Shown: piece after piece, positions 11,926-21,540 of the stretch
How the letters are laid out: every line of letters begins with the position of its first letter
Position numbering within the stretch: position 1 is the stretch's first letter
Source of the DNA: Opitutales bacterium UBA7389
GTDB taxonomy: Bacteria > Verrucomicrobiota > Verrucomicrobiia > Opitutales > Opitutaceae
Direction: 5' to 3'
Assembly: GCA_002474325.1 (NCBI GenBank)
Contig: DKNL01000297.1
Location: 1 to 47,893, forward strand
DNA length: 47,893 nt
The notes under the pieces: generated by a model
The model's input: only the letters and a program-made list of their open reading frames with translations
What the model was told of the DNA's origin: nothing
The model's database searches: none
Program-made: the position numbers and the translations under genes

Positions 11926-14205
11926 CTAGCGTTTATAGGGCTTTCTCACAACTGCATCTTTGTCACGCTTCTCGGAATTGCCCGGATGCCCGCTTCGTTC
12001 CGCCTTCTTATTAAGACTGAAACTTCCCTCCTCAATGTAGTCGTCGATCTGAGGCTGAATTGGGTGAACGTTCATCTTTTCCATGGCGTCTTCGTTCGCA
12101 TCCTTTGAATCCCGAATCACTTTGGGGCGGATAAAGACCAATAGCTCCCGTTTCTCGAAATCGACCCCGCGACTTCTGAATATGTTTCCGAGCACCGGAA
12201 TCTCGCCTAAGACTGCCATCCGGTTAACGTTCTTGGTCTCTTTGCTCCTCTGCATTCCACCAAGCACGACCAAACCATTGTTCTCGACGCTAACAAAGGA
12301 AACCATTTGGCGACGGCCAATGATCGGCTGTTCATTGTTGTTGATCGTGACGAATCCATCTATGTCGTTCACTGACTGATCGACTTCCAATTGGATAACG
12401 TCATTGGGGCCAATCAAAGGTTTAACTTTCAGTTCAATGGCGATATCCTGATACTGCACCGTTTCCCTAACCGAGGTGCTCAAGGTGTTATCCGTGGTCG
12501 TTCCGGTCACAATCGGGCGTTGCTGACCAACCGTAAAGGTGGCTTCCTGATTATGGGTCGTGAGAAGAGTTGGTATCGAAAGAATTCGTACATTGCTATT
12601 GGTCCGAGCCGCGTTGAGGATAGCATTAAATGTGAGATTGGTTATAACGCCCGTACGAGTATCCACATTGAAATTAACGTTGTTGGTGCTTATCCCAAGA
12701 AGATCTAGTCCCTGCAAATTGGTGATATTGGGTTCGCCATCGGCTTCGTTTTGAGTATACGTCCCCGATATCGATTCCATTCCAGAATTACTATCATTGT
12801 CCAGGTTCACTTCCGCGATTATCACTTCGATACGTACTTGCGGCAGTAATACATCGATTTTGGCGATAAGCTCGGTCATCAATTCTAAATCGCTACGTGT
12901 ACCAGAAATTATTAAGGCATTGCTTCGCTCGTCCGCTTCGATCGTCATGAACTCGCTGAACTGGCTATCGCGATTATCGAAAGTCGAATTTACGGCGCTG
13001 TTTACCTGCTGCTGCAAGGCCGAGCTCACCGCTTGTTGTTGCGGGCGGGAATTCTGATTGATGCTTTGCGGGTTTCCCTGTCGGGTCTGTCTATTCCCTT
13101 CGTTCGCATTGGCTTGGGAGCGATCATTGGATTCGGAATCAGTCGATCCACTTACGAAGCTGCTGAGCAGACCCGCGACTTCAGTCGCTTCTGCATGATT
13201 GAGGACGATTACCTCGATTCGCGTCGCCGGATCCGACTTGATATCGAGCTTTTCGATTATCTCGTCGAAGAAAGTCATATTGGCTGGCTCGGACATGATT
13301 ATAAGCTGGTTTGTCCGGTCGTCAGCCGCGATGGCCGTGTTGGACCCGAAAAGGATCTGGTTCGGAATCGCACCCTCACCTCCAACATTGGCGACCGGCA
13401 TAGGGGGGCGAGCTTGATCCCCATCGCCCCCTTGGCTTCGGTTTTGGCCGCGACTATTATTCGAGTTGCTGCTATTCTCTTCTCCAAAATTGGCCCTGGC
13501 AGCATCGATCAAACCTTGAATCTGATCGGCAACTTCACTCGCCTGGGCGAACTGCAGCGTGTAGAACTGAGTCGTCACGTTCAGGCGGCTCGGCTTATCT
13601 ACCTCGGACACAACATACTCAAGCCGTTGCAAGTTGCTGATGGTATCGGTAACGATTACCGCATTGGAATTCTGGAATGGGATTATGGTGCTGAAATTCG
13701 GGCTCAAAAATGGCTGAATCTGCTGCTGAAACGTCTGCGAATCCAAATATTGGAGACGAAACAGCTTGCTAACCACTTTTCCACTCGGGGCTCGATCCTG
13801 AAGCGAATCAATCTCAAGCTCTGGTGCCTCAGTGCGAATAGTGTTAATGGCCACGACTTTAAGGAATTTCTCCCCCAACGGCGTCACTCCAATTCCATTG
13901 ATGCTCAGCAAACTCTCAATAGCGAGCACAGCCTCACTCAAGGTCATGTCACCCCTGCTATCAAATGTGAATTCTGGAGTTGGCAAAGCCATTGGCCTTA
14001 TAACTGATCGACCAGTTAGAGTTTCCAGATGATGAAGCACACTCACGAGCGGCTCGCCCCTCCATAGGATCCTCACCGGATCGTCTTCGTTTGCGGTTCG
14101 AGGAGCATCCACGTTGTCTTGGCCAAAGCTTGTAAATGCCAACAAACCGGCAGTGGATAGAATCGAAATGCTTCTCGATCCGAAAATTCGTATCCAATTT
14201 ATCAT
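11926..14205 (-). CDS. gspD: Type II secretion secretin GspD
   Basis: N-domain repeats (NSNAVIVTD, DDRTNQLII, DERSNALIISG) and a secretin core (QVRIEVIIAEV, ILSIPTLLT, ELKVKPLI, LGEIPVLGNIF, RELLVFIRPKVI). Confidence 0.95.
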   Translation of the reverse strand: MINWIRIFGSRSISILSTAGLLAFTSFGQDNVDAPRTANEDDPVRILWRGEPLVSVLHHLETLTGRSVIRPMALPTPEFTFDSRGDMTLSEAVLAIESLLSINGIGVTPLGEKFLKVVAINTIRTEAPELEIDSLQDRAPSGKVVSKLFRLQYLDSQTFQQQIQPFLSPNFSTIIPFQNSNAVIVTDTISNLQRLEYVVSEVDKPSRLNVTTQFYTLQFAQASEVADQIQGLIDAARANFGEENSSNSNNSRGQNRSQGGDGDQARPPMPVANVGGEGAIPNQILFGSNTAIAADDRTNQLIIMSEPANMTFFDEIIEKLDIKSDPATRIEVIVLNHAEATEVAGLLSSFVSGSTDSESNDRSQANANEGNRQTRQGNPQSINQNSRPQQQAVSSALQQQVNSAVNSTFDNRDSQFSEFMTIEADERSNALIISGTRSDLELMTELIAKIDVLLPQVRIEVIIAEVNLDNDSNSGMESISGTYTQNEADGEPNITNLQGLDLLGISTNNVNFNVDTRTGVITNLTFNAILNAARTNSNVRILSIPTLLTTHNQEATFTVGQQRPIVTGTTTDNTLSTSVRETVQYQDIAIELKVKPLIGPNDVIQLEVDQSVNDIDGFVTINNNEQPIIGRRQMVSFVSVENNGLVVLGGMQRSKETKNVNRMAVLGEIPVLGNIFRSRGVDFEKRELLVFIRPKVIRDSKDANEDAMEKMNVHPIQPQIDDYIEEGSFSLNKKAERSGHPGNSEKRDKDAVVRKPYKR

Positions 14206-14777
14206 GGCGTATATTCGATAGATTTCAATTCCAGCTTCACATCGAGAAATTGAGGTGTCCGTCTCTGGGCTTGAATGGCAATCTGCTGCAAGGAAACATA
14301 AGGGAGATTGCTTTTTATCTCATCTGTAAAATCGATGAGTCGGTTGTAATTGGCTTTCCCCAAATCGATTGTGAAGACGTGGAAGGAGAGGGGCCTGCCT
14401 ACGTTCGAGCGCGGCGTATTGATTTTAAAATCGGCGAATCCGTATTTCCGAATGAGATCATCGATGCGGGCATTGACCTCATTTACGGACGGAAGTTCTG
14501 AGAGATTGATATCTTTAATGAGGGCGTTGTATTGCTCAGCCGTCGTTTCCTTCGTAGCGATCTCGTTCACCTGATTTTGAGCAGTAAAATTGGCAACTCG
14601 AATATCGTAGCTGGCTGTTCCGTGCCGTTCCATCTGGAATGAAAGCCACACGCCCATCAAAGCTCCGATAAAGAGTACCATGAGAAACTTCTCCCGCATC
14701 GATAGCCGGAAGAATCTTATTCTCGCGAAGGCGGCCCAATAGCCGGTATTAGCAGAAATAGCGGAACCTCTAGCCAT
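14202..14777 (-). CDS. GspM/PilO-like T2SS inner-membrane protein
   Basis: RLSMREK motif before a single TM (typical of GspM), a coiled segment and a ferredoxin-like C-terminus. Follows the GspL-like gene. Confidence 0.65.
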   Translation of the reverse strand: MARGSAISANTGYWAAFARIRFFRLSMREKFLMVLFIGALMGVWLSFQMERHGTASYDIRVANFTAQNQVNEIATKETTAEQYNALIKDINLSELPSVNEVNARIDDLIRKYGFADFKINTPRSNVGRPLSFHVFTIDLGKANYNRLIDFTDEIKSNLPYVSLQQIAIQAQRRTPQFLDVKLELKSIEYTP

Positions 14778-15954
14778 TACTCGCTATCTCCTCCCCTTCG
14801 CCTCTATCCGGAAAGGCTCCAATCTTGAAATTAAGGAGAGCCGTAAAAGTGGTACCCCCCGGCCGGCTCTGAATATTCTGAAGTTCTACGGCTTCTATCT
14901 TTACGAATCGCTCGAGACGAGCCTTGAACTGGTTTGCCTGTCCATTGCTGGTGGCATTCGCTAGAACTATTAAACTATTGGGGCCATTTGTTTCCACTTT
15001 CGTGAATACCACCGAGTCAGTTCGAAAAGGCTCGATAGCCACGAGCATATCAAAAGGGATCAGGTCGGATTCGCGGAAGCTCAGAAGCTCATTGATAGTC
15101 GTCTTCTGGGAAACGATTTCTTCGACGAGCGGAGCTTGCTCCTCATTCCAGCCTCTTCTCAATCCCAGGTATCCTTTTTCTGCAAACCATACGAATTCGC
15201 CCGCAATCAGAAGCCCGATCATTGCCGCCATCCCAATGGCAATTCTCCAAATTAGATAATTGCGGCGTTCCTCCATTTGCACGCGCTCGACTGTTTCCGA
15301 GTCTCGCAAATCCATGCGCCACATACTGTTCCGGTCCACCTCGACAACTATATGCCGATCTTCCTCCTTGGCTCGCAATTTTAAAACCTTTTTGTCGATA
15401 GCGATTTGAGAGCTAGCTTTCCAAACTCTGATAGATTCGACGGATCGCTCCGCTTTGAGCTTCGCCGACACACTCTCCAAATCGGACCGTTCGACACCCT
15501 CGTTGATATCCTTGTCTCTCTTGGGAATGGATTGGAAATAGCGTGGAAGCTCCGACAAAGAATCGAATTCGAGATAAGTGAATGAAGATCCACCCTCGAT
15601 CAGCAGAGGAGTCTCATCATCCAATCCTCCAGCCAGCAGACCCACACTGAATTCCGGGATCACCGCCTCCTGCTCTTCCCAACTGCTCGCGACCGAATGT
15701 TCGAAGCTGCGTCTGTACGCAGCGTAGAGAAATGCACAATGGCGGGATGCATCGATCACAAAACCGAACTGCAGATGCTCCAGGGGAAATGGGGATAAGG
15801 ATTCCAACTGCAATTGCAGGAAGCTATCCAGCTCATCACTCTCGACATCTCCGGGGATTTCCACTCGGCGGCAGAAAAACGAATAACCCTGGGCCATCGC
15901 TGCTTTTAGATTCAGCGGCTTTTGATCTGGAGGGTTTGTTGATGCTTTTAGCAC
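14770..15954 (-). CDS. GspL/PilM-PilN-like T2SS inner-membrane protein
   Basis: Cytoplasmic N-domain with LESLSPFPLEHL, a single TM around residues 235-257, and a PilN-like periplasmic C-terminus. Position in the gsp cluster supports the call. Confidence 0.65.
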   Translation of the reverse strand: MLKASTNPPDQKPLNLKAAMAQGYSFFCRRVEIPGDVESDELDSFLQLQLESLSPFPLEHLQFGFVIDASRHCAFLYAAYRRSFEHSVASSWEEQEAVIPEFSVGLLAGGLDDETPLLIEGGSSFTYLEFDSLSELPRYFQSIPKRDKDINEGVERSDLESVSAKLKAERSVESIRVWKASSQIAIDKKVLKLRAKEEDRHIVVEVDRNSMWRMDLRDSETVERVQMEERRNYLIWRIAIGMAAMIGLLIAGEFVWFAEKGYLGLRRGWNEEQAPLVEEIVSQKTTINELLSFRESDLIPFDMLVAIEPFRTDSVVFTKVETNGPNSLIVLANATSNGQANQFKARLERFVKIEAVELQNIQSRPGGTTFTALLNFKIGAFPDRGEGEEIASNG

Positions 15955-15970
15955 AATGATTTGGGATCCT

Positions 15971-17014
15971 TCAGGAGGTCCTAGCGTTATTCATACCCGA
16001 CTCCTCTTTAAGCTCAAGGAAAAGGAACGGATATTCTAATTCCCCGGTTTCACCATTTTCCGATATCTCTAAATCGGTGCTGAGCGTACCAATCAAGCTA
16101 TATGAACTTCCTTTTTCTTGAACCGTAACTTTAACCGTAAGTACACTGATTTGTTGCGATAGTGGTGCTCCTCGTTCTGTCTCTCCAATGACATCGCTCA
16201 GCTCACCCCCATTGGCAAAATAGTTGTCGTCTTCAGTACCTGGCTCCCCATCCAGACCCGCCAGATATTCCTCAATCGTTTCTATCTGTATCTCATTGAG
16301 ACCAGCCAATGAAAGCAGCGCCAGAGGTTTCGCTGAATTCACATTCATCACTTGCACCGGATAGTGGGTAACCACGCCGGAAAGCCTTTCGAAATTTTCG
16401 TTGGGTACCCCATCCTCATTGAAAAAGAGTTCGCGAAAGCCAATAATCGACGATAGCTCGTCCAGTGAACCTAGTGGCTGGTTGGAGGGATGCATCTCGA
16501 AATTCGTCGTGCTGTATTCTCGCGACTCCGCTCCATCTATTCTAGCCTCGTCGTCCTCGTCGATCCAGTCCAAGAGCGTATTCGTCAATGTCTGGCTGGC
16601 ATCCAGATCGAAACCCATTTCGTCGAAGAGAAGAAAAAGCGATCCTTCATCGAGTTCGTTGATACTAAGTTTGGCGGACTCATCTATAAACTCGATCGTC
16701 ACGTTCAAACCTTCTGGCACCTCTATCTGGGCATATTCGATAGGATTGGCCCACCCTTGAGCTGGAGCATAAATCGCGTTGTCGATAGCTTTTACGTCGG
16801 CAAGCACCGCGACCGCTATTTCCAAATAAGACCAAGCATGAAGCATGAGCCGGGAACGCTCTACGTAGTAACCTTCCCCTTGGATTTCCACGTTTCCCCG
16901 TTCTACAAACTTAGTTAGTACATAGGCAACTACCATGATAAGAACCAACACCATCAACAAGATCGATCCGCGCTTCTCAATCACCATTTTTTGTCTTTCG
17001 GGTATCATATTCAT
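15971..17014 (-). CDS. gspK: Minor pseudopilin GspK
   Basis: KRGSILLMVL class III signal lacking E5, IDESAKLSIN, LLDWIDED, and NVNSA motifs. Confidence 0.85.
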   Translation of the reverse strand: MNMIPERQKMVIEKRGSILLMVLVLIMVVAYVLTKFVERGNVEIQGEGYYVERSRLMLHAWSYLEIAVAVLADVKAIDNAIYAPAQGWANPIEYAQIEVPEGLNVTIEFIDESAKLSINELDEGSLFLLFDEMGFDLDASQTLTNTLLDWIDEDDEARIDGAESREYSTTNFEMHPSNQPLGSLDELSSIIGFRELFFNEDGVPNENFERLSGVVTHYPVQVMNVNSAKPLALLSLAGLNEIQIETIEEYLAGLDGEPGTEDDNYFANGGELSDVIGETERGAPLSQQISVLTVKVTVQEKGSSYSLIGTLSTDLEISENGETGELEYPFLFLELKEESGMNNARTS

Positions 17015-17691
17015 AAAATGGGTACACCTCTGAAAAAAGATGGAAGCGGAATCTGCCGTTTCTCCTCTTGGCCTTCGTATTCAAAAATTACCTCTATTCG
17101 TTGAGGCAGCGTAAAAGTACCGTCAGCCTCTTTTACTGGATCTTCCTCGATCTCCCATTCCGCATCCTCATCCTCGGGATCGATATAAAAATATTTGATC
17201 CCCTTAACGAATGGAGAAATCAAGGTCTTCCTCGGCTCTTCTTCCCCAAAGTCCTCTTCCAATCGAGATCGCCAAAGAAGATATAGCCCCTCCTCGTCTT
17301 CAAGTTCCAGTGAACAAACAACGTACGGTAGCGGCTTCTCTGGCCAAACAAGTATGCCTGGGCTCTTTTCCAACTCGAACGTCAGCAACTCCTCGTTCTC
17401 GTACTCTCGCCCGCCCCGATTCGACCAATAGACGACCGATTCCACTTCCCCATCTGAAAGTTTCCAGCTCGACGTTTGAAAAGACTGTTCCAAAAATCTA
17501 GATACGCCACGCACATGTTTCTGGAACAGCCATACATTCGCACCCTTGCCCCACAATTCTCCCAACGAGAAAACAAAAGTCGTCGCAGCCACTAACAGAG
17601 CAGCCCCCATAAATACGGCGAACATTATCTCGAGCAACGTGAAGCCGCTTCTGGAACGAAAATGTTCCCTATTTATCTTCAAGCCTCTCAT
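17011..17691 (-). CDS. gspJ: Minor pseudopilin, GspJ-like
   Basis: Prepilin motif SGFTLLEI and C-terminal LPQRIEV. Lies between the I and K genes. Confidence 0.7.
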   Translation of the reverse strand: MRGLKINREHFRSRSGFTLLEIMFAVFMGAALLVAATTFVFSLGELWGKGANVWLFQKHVRGVSRFLEQSFQTSSWKLSDGEVESVVYWSNRGGREYENEELLTFELEKSPGILVWPEKPLPYVVCSLELEDEEGLYLLWRSRLEEDFGEEEPRKTLISPFVKGIKYFYIDPEDEDAEWEIEEDPVKEADGTFTLPQRIEVIFEYEGQEEKRQIPLPSFFRGVPIL

Positions 17692-17695
17692 CCGA

Positions 17696-18166
17696 TTATT
17701 CGAGACCCGACTGCCGAGCTAGCAATCGATCTCTCGTCTCGGCTCTCAAATCTTCTCTCTCAATAGGATCAGACCAAGTCGGACGCGTCAGGTAATGTGT
17801 TTCGGTAAACTCCTCTTTCTGTCCAGTCTCTCGACTCTCCATTTCCACTTTTAGCCACACCCTAAAGAGATCAGCTACTAAGGTCGATTCGTATTCAACT
17901 TCCCATATAGCCTCACCATGATGGCCGGTCATTACTTCCCCGCCCTCTTCCAGCTGCTCAATATCGGGAACAGAAAACGCCTCAGCCCGAATCATTGACA
18001 TGTCTTGCTCAAATGGCTGGTCCACTTGAATCGCAGCGATGGCATTGATGATGTTCAAATAGGATGCCGCGAACGTCGTTACAGCCACGCTGAAAAGAGC
18101 TAACGCAAGCATCACTTCTACAATCGTGAAACCCTTGGGCCCCACCACATCCCGTTCCTTCGTCAC
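17696..18166 (-). CDS. gspI: Minor pseudopilin, GspI-like
   Basis: Prepilin motif KGFTIVEVMLALALF, 156 aa, and position in the cluster. Confidence 0.65.
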   Translation of the reverse strand: MTKERDVVGPKGFTIVEVMLALALFSVAVTTFAASYLNIINAIAAIQVDQPFEQDMSMIRAEAFSVPDIEQLEEGGEVMTGHHGEAIWEVEYESTLVADLFRVWLKVEMESRETGQKEEFTETHYLTRPTWSDPIEREDLRAETRDRLLARQSGLE

Positions 18167-18696
18167 GCGTCCTCCTCAAACTTCGTCATTTGTGAACTCG
18201 TCCATGGGTCAATCTGGTATGAGCTTTCGTACTCCGCGATTTTCAGATCGACCGAAAACGGCGTGCAGGTGCCGTCAGGGTAAAAGGTTATGGTTTCGAT
18301 TTCCTTGTGAGTTACCAGTTCGCCTTGAATCAGTCGATAACCATCGCGTGGCAGCATCAGCTTGAAAATTACTTCAATCTCAACGTCTTCTCCCAGAGCA
18401 CTGATATCCACTTTGAAAGGCACCTCCTCACCATCCGCTGAAACCATAAATGCCTGATTTTCCGAATCGAATCGAACTCGATGGAGAACCCTGTTAAATA
18501 CCGCGCCCTGCTTAGCTTTATCGACTGCGCTCCATAGCTCGTTTTGCAAACCTTCCAGCTCCCCTTGCTTGAGCAGAGACTGAATATTCCAAATGAAAAG
18601 CGACGACAGCAAGGCGATTAGCGCCATAGTGAGCATGAGCTCTATCAGTGTAAATGCACCTCGATTCCTTGATTGGTAACCCATTTTCAAACTCAT
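18163..18696 (-). CDS. gspH: Minor pseudopilin, GspH/FimT-like
   Basis: Prepilin motif GAFTLIELM and the ITFYPDG motif typical of GspH/FimT. Confidence 0.75.
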   Translation of the reverse strand: MSLKMGYQSRNRGAFTLIELMLTMALIALLSSLFIWNIQSLLKQGELEGLQNELWSAVDKAKQGAVFNRVLHRVRFDSENQAFMVSADGEEVPFKVDISALGEDVEIEVIFKLMLPRDGYRLIQGELVTHKEIETITFYPDGTCTPFSVDLKIAEYESSYQIDPWTSSQMTKFEEDA

Positions 18697-18773
18697 TGGC
18701 CCATTTTCCTACGTGCAGTACCGAAAGGAGACGATACCGCTAAAATTAATAAATAGATTCCAGGGAAGCCCCT

Positions 18774-19217
18774 CTACCAATTAGTAATATCGTCCCCTGA
18801 TTCGGTCCCATCGGGTCCAAGAGAGAAGAGGTCGTAGGCCAAAGTATTGTGCGTTCCCGGGTAGCGATATTGAAGCTCTCGACCCCAAGGATCCACTAAG
18901 TTTTCCTGACCCTCAATGTAAGGCCCGCGCCAACGTCCTCCGTCGTTTTCCGGCCGGTGAACCAAGGCCTTCAATCCCTGCTGGCTAGTTGGAAAACTCC
19001 CCATGTGAATACGGTAGCTGGTCAAAGGCGTCTTAAATGACTCTTTTACCTTGAAGCGAACGAGTTCCGCCTGATTGGTGCCAAAAAGGTTATCTACGTT
19101 CGTCACCACCAGTCCCACGAGCAACACCATAAGCCCAATGACGAGCATGATTTCGATCAAGGTGAAGCCACGCTTCCTGGAGAAGGAACGATTTCGTTTA
19201 GTATGCCGTCTGTTCAT
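18774..19217 (-). CDS. gspG: Major pseudopilin GspG
   Basis: RGFTLIEI, FPTSQQGLKAL, WRGPY, DPWGRELQY, YDLFSLGPDG and DDITNW. Confidence 0.95.
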   Translation of the reverse strand: MNRRHTKRNRSFSRKRGFTLIEIMLVIGLMVLLVGLVVTNVDNLFGTNQAELVRFKVKESFKTPLTSYRIHMGSFPTSQQGLKALVHRPENDGGRWRGPYIEGQENLVDPWGRELQYRYPGTHNTLAYDLFSLGPDGTESGDDITNW

Positions 19218-19524
19218 CGTCTAGGTTTTTGGAATTCGAATTCTAAAAAGGAGGAAAGAATCTACGTTTGTTTGAACTCCAGATGCAATCCTTGGGTTTC
19301 AAATTTGCACATTGGGCTTCCTGTTGATCGGAAATCGCTGACAACCGCTGACCATCCTTTGTTCAAAATCGGGTGATCCTTTGTAAGCAATCGGCAAAAT
19401 TCGCCTCATTCAGTAGGCATATTTGGTCAGGATCCTAGTTGCTGAAAATTCTATATTTGAATGCGTCTTTGTAAATCAACGATTTACAAGGTTGGCATAC
19501 TTCTCTCTTACCATTGAGCGAACA

Positions 19525-19695
19525 ATGCAAATCGCATCAACCAAAGTAGCGGAACAAGTGGAAAGCCGCTGGGCGAAGATCGTCGAACGATTTCGAGTCC
19601 GCCGAAGCTGCCGTAAACGCTTTCGGCTCAAAACCCTACGACCTCGGCATAACGGACCGGGTCATGCCCAATATGACTGGCGAAGCTCTCGCTAA
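19525..19695 (+). CDS. Small basic hypothetical protein (56 aa)
   Basis: ATG at 19525 (MQIASTKVAEQ...), Arg-rich, divergent from gspG in an otherwise empty gap. No recognisable domain. Confidence 0.35.
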   Translation: MQIASTKVAEQVESRWAKIVERFRVRRSCRKRFRLKTLRPRHNGPGHAQYDWRSSR

Positions 19696-19881
19696 AAAGA
19701 TAAAGCCAAAAAAACCCTGATGCGCTGATAATTATGGTAACCAGCTTTGGCGACATTGTAAACTCTTCGGGAGACACGCCAAAACATGTCAATCTAGTGC
19801 TAGCAAAGCTCGTCCCTTTAAAAACGCTTAGCCAGCGGATTTTCGAACTCGCAGACCGATAACGGAGCTAAAGAGGCTTTC

Positions 19882-20811
19882 TCAAAGAAAATACTGACGC
19901 TGCTTTTCGCTGATCGGGAGTTCGCAGCGATCCATCACTTTCAAGAGATCCTCCCAAACTGCCCGTTTGTCACGCTTGCTGTCATTGCGAAGCAAATACG
20001 ATGGATGATACGTTGGAATTAAAGGCGTGTTCGCGAATTCATGCCAAACTCCTTTTACTTCCCTCAAGCTTCTGACCAAATCGAATCCCAGTAGCCCTTT
20101 GGCCGCGGTCGCCCCTAAAGCTACGATCAATTTTGGTTTCACTATCTCTATTTGCCCGATCAAGTAAGGGAGGCAGAAATTCATTTCTTCTCTCGTCGGT
20201 GGCCTGTTGCCAACCCGGGCAGGAAGACTCGGACGCCAATTCATGAGGTTCCCGATGTAAACCTGCTCTCGCCCCAAGCCCATCGCTTTGATCATCTTGT
20301 TAAGCAATTGGCCCGCTTTACCTACGAATGGTTCGCCTTGCTCCTCTTCATCTCCTCCCGGCGCCTCGCCACAAAAGAATATGTCCGCGTCCAGATTACC
20401 TACGCCAAATACGGTCTTGAAACCTTTCCGCGTATGCTTCTGGCAAACAGGGCAATTCAAAACGATCTCCCTAAGAGCTTCCCAGCGTTGAGCCTTGTCC
20501 CCCTCACCGAGAGAAAACACGGGCGGGGAACCCAATGATGAGCTGCACGAAGTTGGTGCATTCGGCTTTTCGCCCACTTCCTCTCTGAGTAATCGATCAA
20601 ATTCCTCTGGCGAAGCGGACCGAACTTTATCTGGTATTTCCACGGCAACCGACGAACCAGCTTCGGGAGGGGAAGCTGCCTCCATCCATTGACCCTCGAT
20701 AGTTGCATTCTTTAAATACTGTAGCGTTTTTCCGGATACATTAACATAGGATACTCCTTCTTCCCGCAATCGTTTCAGTTCCTCAACTATGGCTTCTAGC
20801 TCCGATTTCAT
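19882..20811 (-). CDS. udg: Uracil-DNA glycosylase, family 4, with N-terminal extension
   Basis: GEAPG, GEPFVGKAG, NRPP, TYHPSYLLR and CPVC motifs. Confidence 0.9.
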   Translation of the reverse strand: MKSELEAIVEELKRLREEGVSYVNVSGKTLQYLKNATIEGQWMEAASPPEAGSSVAVEIPDKVRSASPEEFDRLLREEVGEKPNAPTSCSSSLGSPPVFSLGEGDKAQRWEALREIVLNCPVCQKHTRKGFKTVFGVGNLDADIFFCGEAPGGDEEEQGEPFVGKAGQLLNKMIKAMGLGREQVYIGNLMNWRPSLPARVGNRPPTREEMNFCLPYLIGQIEIVKPKLIVALGATAAKGLLGFDLVRSLREVKGVWHEFANTPLIPTYHPSYLLRNDSKRDKRAVWEDLLKVMDRCELPISEKQRQYFL

Positions 20812-21410
20812 TTCGATCGATCCTGGTCCATTAGGATTTTCTCTGCATATTTAGCTAGTAAATCGAATTCCAGATTAACGGTTTCGCCCTTTTTCCGATC
20901 TCCAAGATTCGTCATTTCCAAAGTGTGAGGGATAAGCCAAATACTAATTGTTTGCCCAGAGACTTCCGCGATGGTGAGGGATATGCCATCAACTGCGATA
21001 CAACCTTTATAGACCAAATACTTCCTGAACGGCTTAGGAGTCTCGATTTTCAACATCACGTCTCGCCCTTTATAGCTAAGCTCCTTGATTTTGCCAACAC
21101 AGTCAACGTGACCTGTAACGAAATGGCCACCCAATCTTCCATCGTGCCTCAGGCTTCGCTCGAGATTTACCTTCGATCCCAAATCCACATTTTTCAAATT
21201 GGTGACGAGTCGCGTCTCCTCCAATAAGTCGAAGACAAGCGTATGCTTACTCGTCTCAGTAACCGATAAGCAGCAACCGTTGACAGCTATACTGTCGCCA
21301 ATCTTTAAATCTTCAGAAACCAGCTTTCCTCTCAGTTTCAACCTCCAGCTTTCAGGCTGCGCGTGAAAACTCACTACTTCGCCGGTTTCTTCGACTAACC
21401 CCGTAAACAT
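20808..21410 (-). CDS. ribE: Riboflavin synthase (alpha chain)
   Basis: MFTGLVE N-terminus, GDSIAVNGCCLS, VNLER, GGHFVTGHVD, and KGCIAVDGISLT. Confidence 0.95.
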   Translation of the reverse strand: MFTGLVEETGEVVSFHAQPESWRLKLRGKLVSEDLKIGDSIAVNGCCLSVTETSKHTLVFDLLEETRLVTNLKNVDLGSKVNLERSLRHDGRLGGHFVTGHVDCVGKIKELSYKGRDVMLKIETPKPFRKYLVYKGCIAVDGISLTIAEVSGQTISIWLIPHTLEMTNLGDRKKGETVNLEFDLLAKYAEKILMDQDRSK

Positions 21411-21540
21411 TTCTGCCTACTATTTCCTTTCTACCGGATTGCGCAACGGATTTTCCGTATACGTTCGCAACATTCAGAAATAATAAGCCGGGGTCCGACA
21501 GTTCGAATGCCGGCTGAATATCCGATTTGGGCGATGCTTT

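Noticed and set aside
13033-14007. 324-aa plus-strand ORF
   Set aside because: It is entirely antisense to gspD and has no recognisable motifs, so it is a shadow ORF.
19746-19790. TTTGGCG...CGCCAAA hairpin downstream of udg as an sRNA
   Set aside because: The stems are short and the TTGACA/TACAAT spacing on the minus strand (26 nt) is wrong for a promoter. Evidence is insufficient.
21411-21540. Possible FMN riboswitch upstream of riboflavin synthase
   Set aside because: The gap is only 130 bp and lacks the conserved RFN core sequences. Only short hairpins (AGCCGG/CCGGCT, ACGGA/TCCGT) are present.
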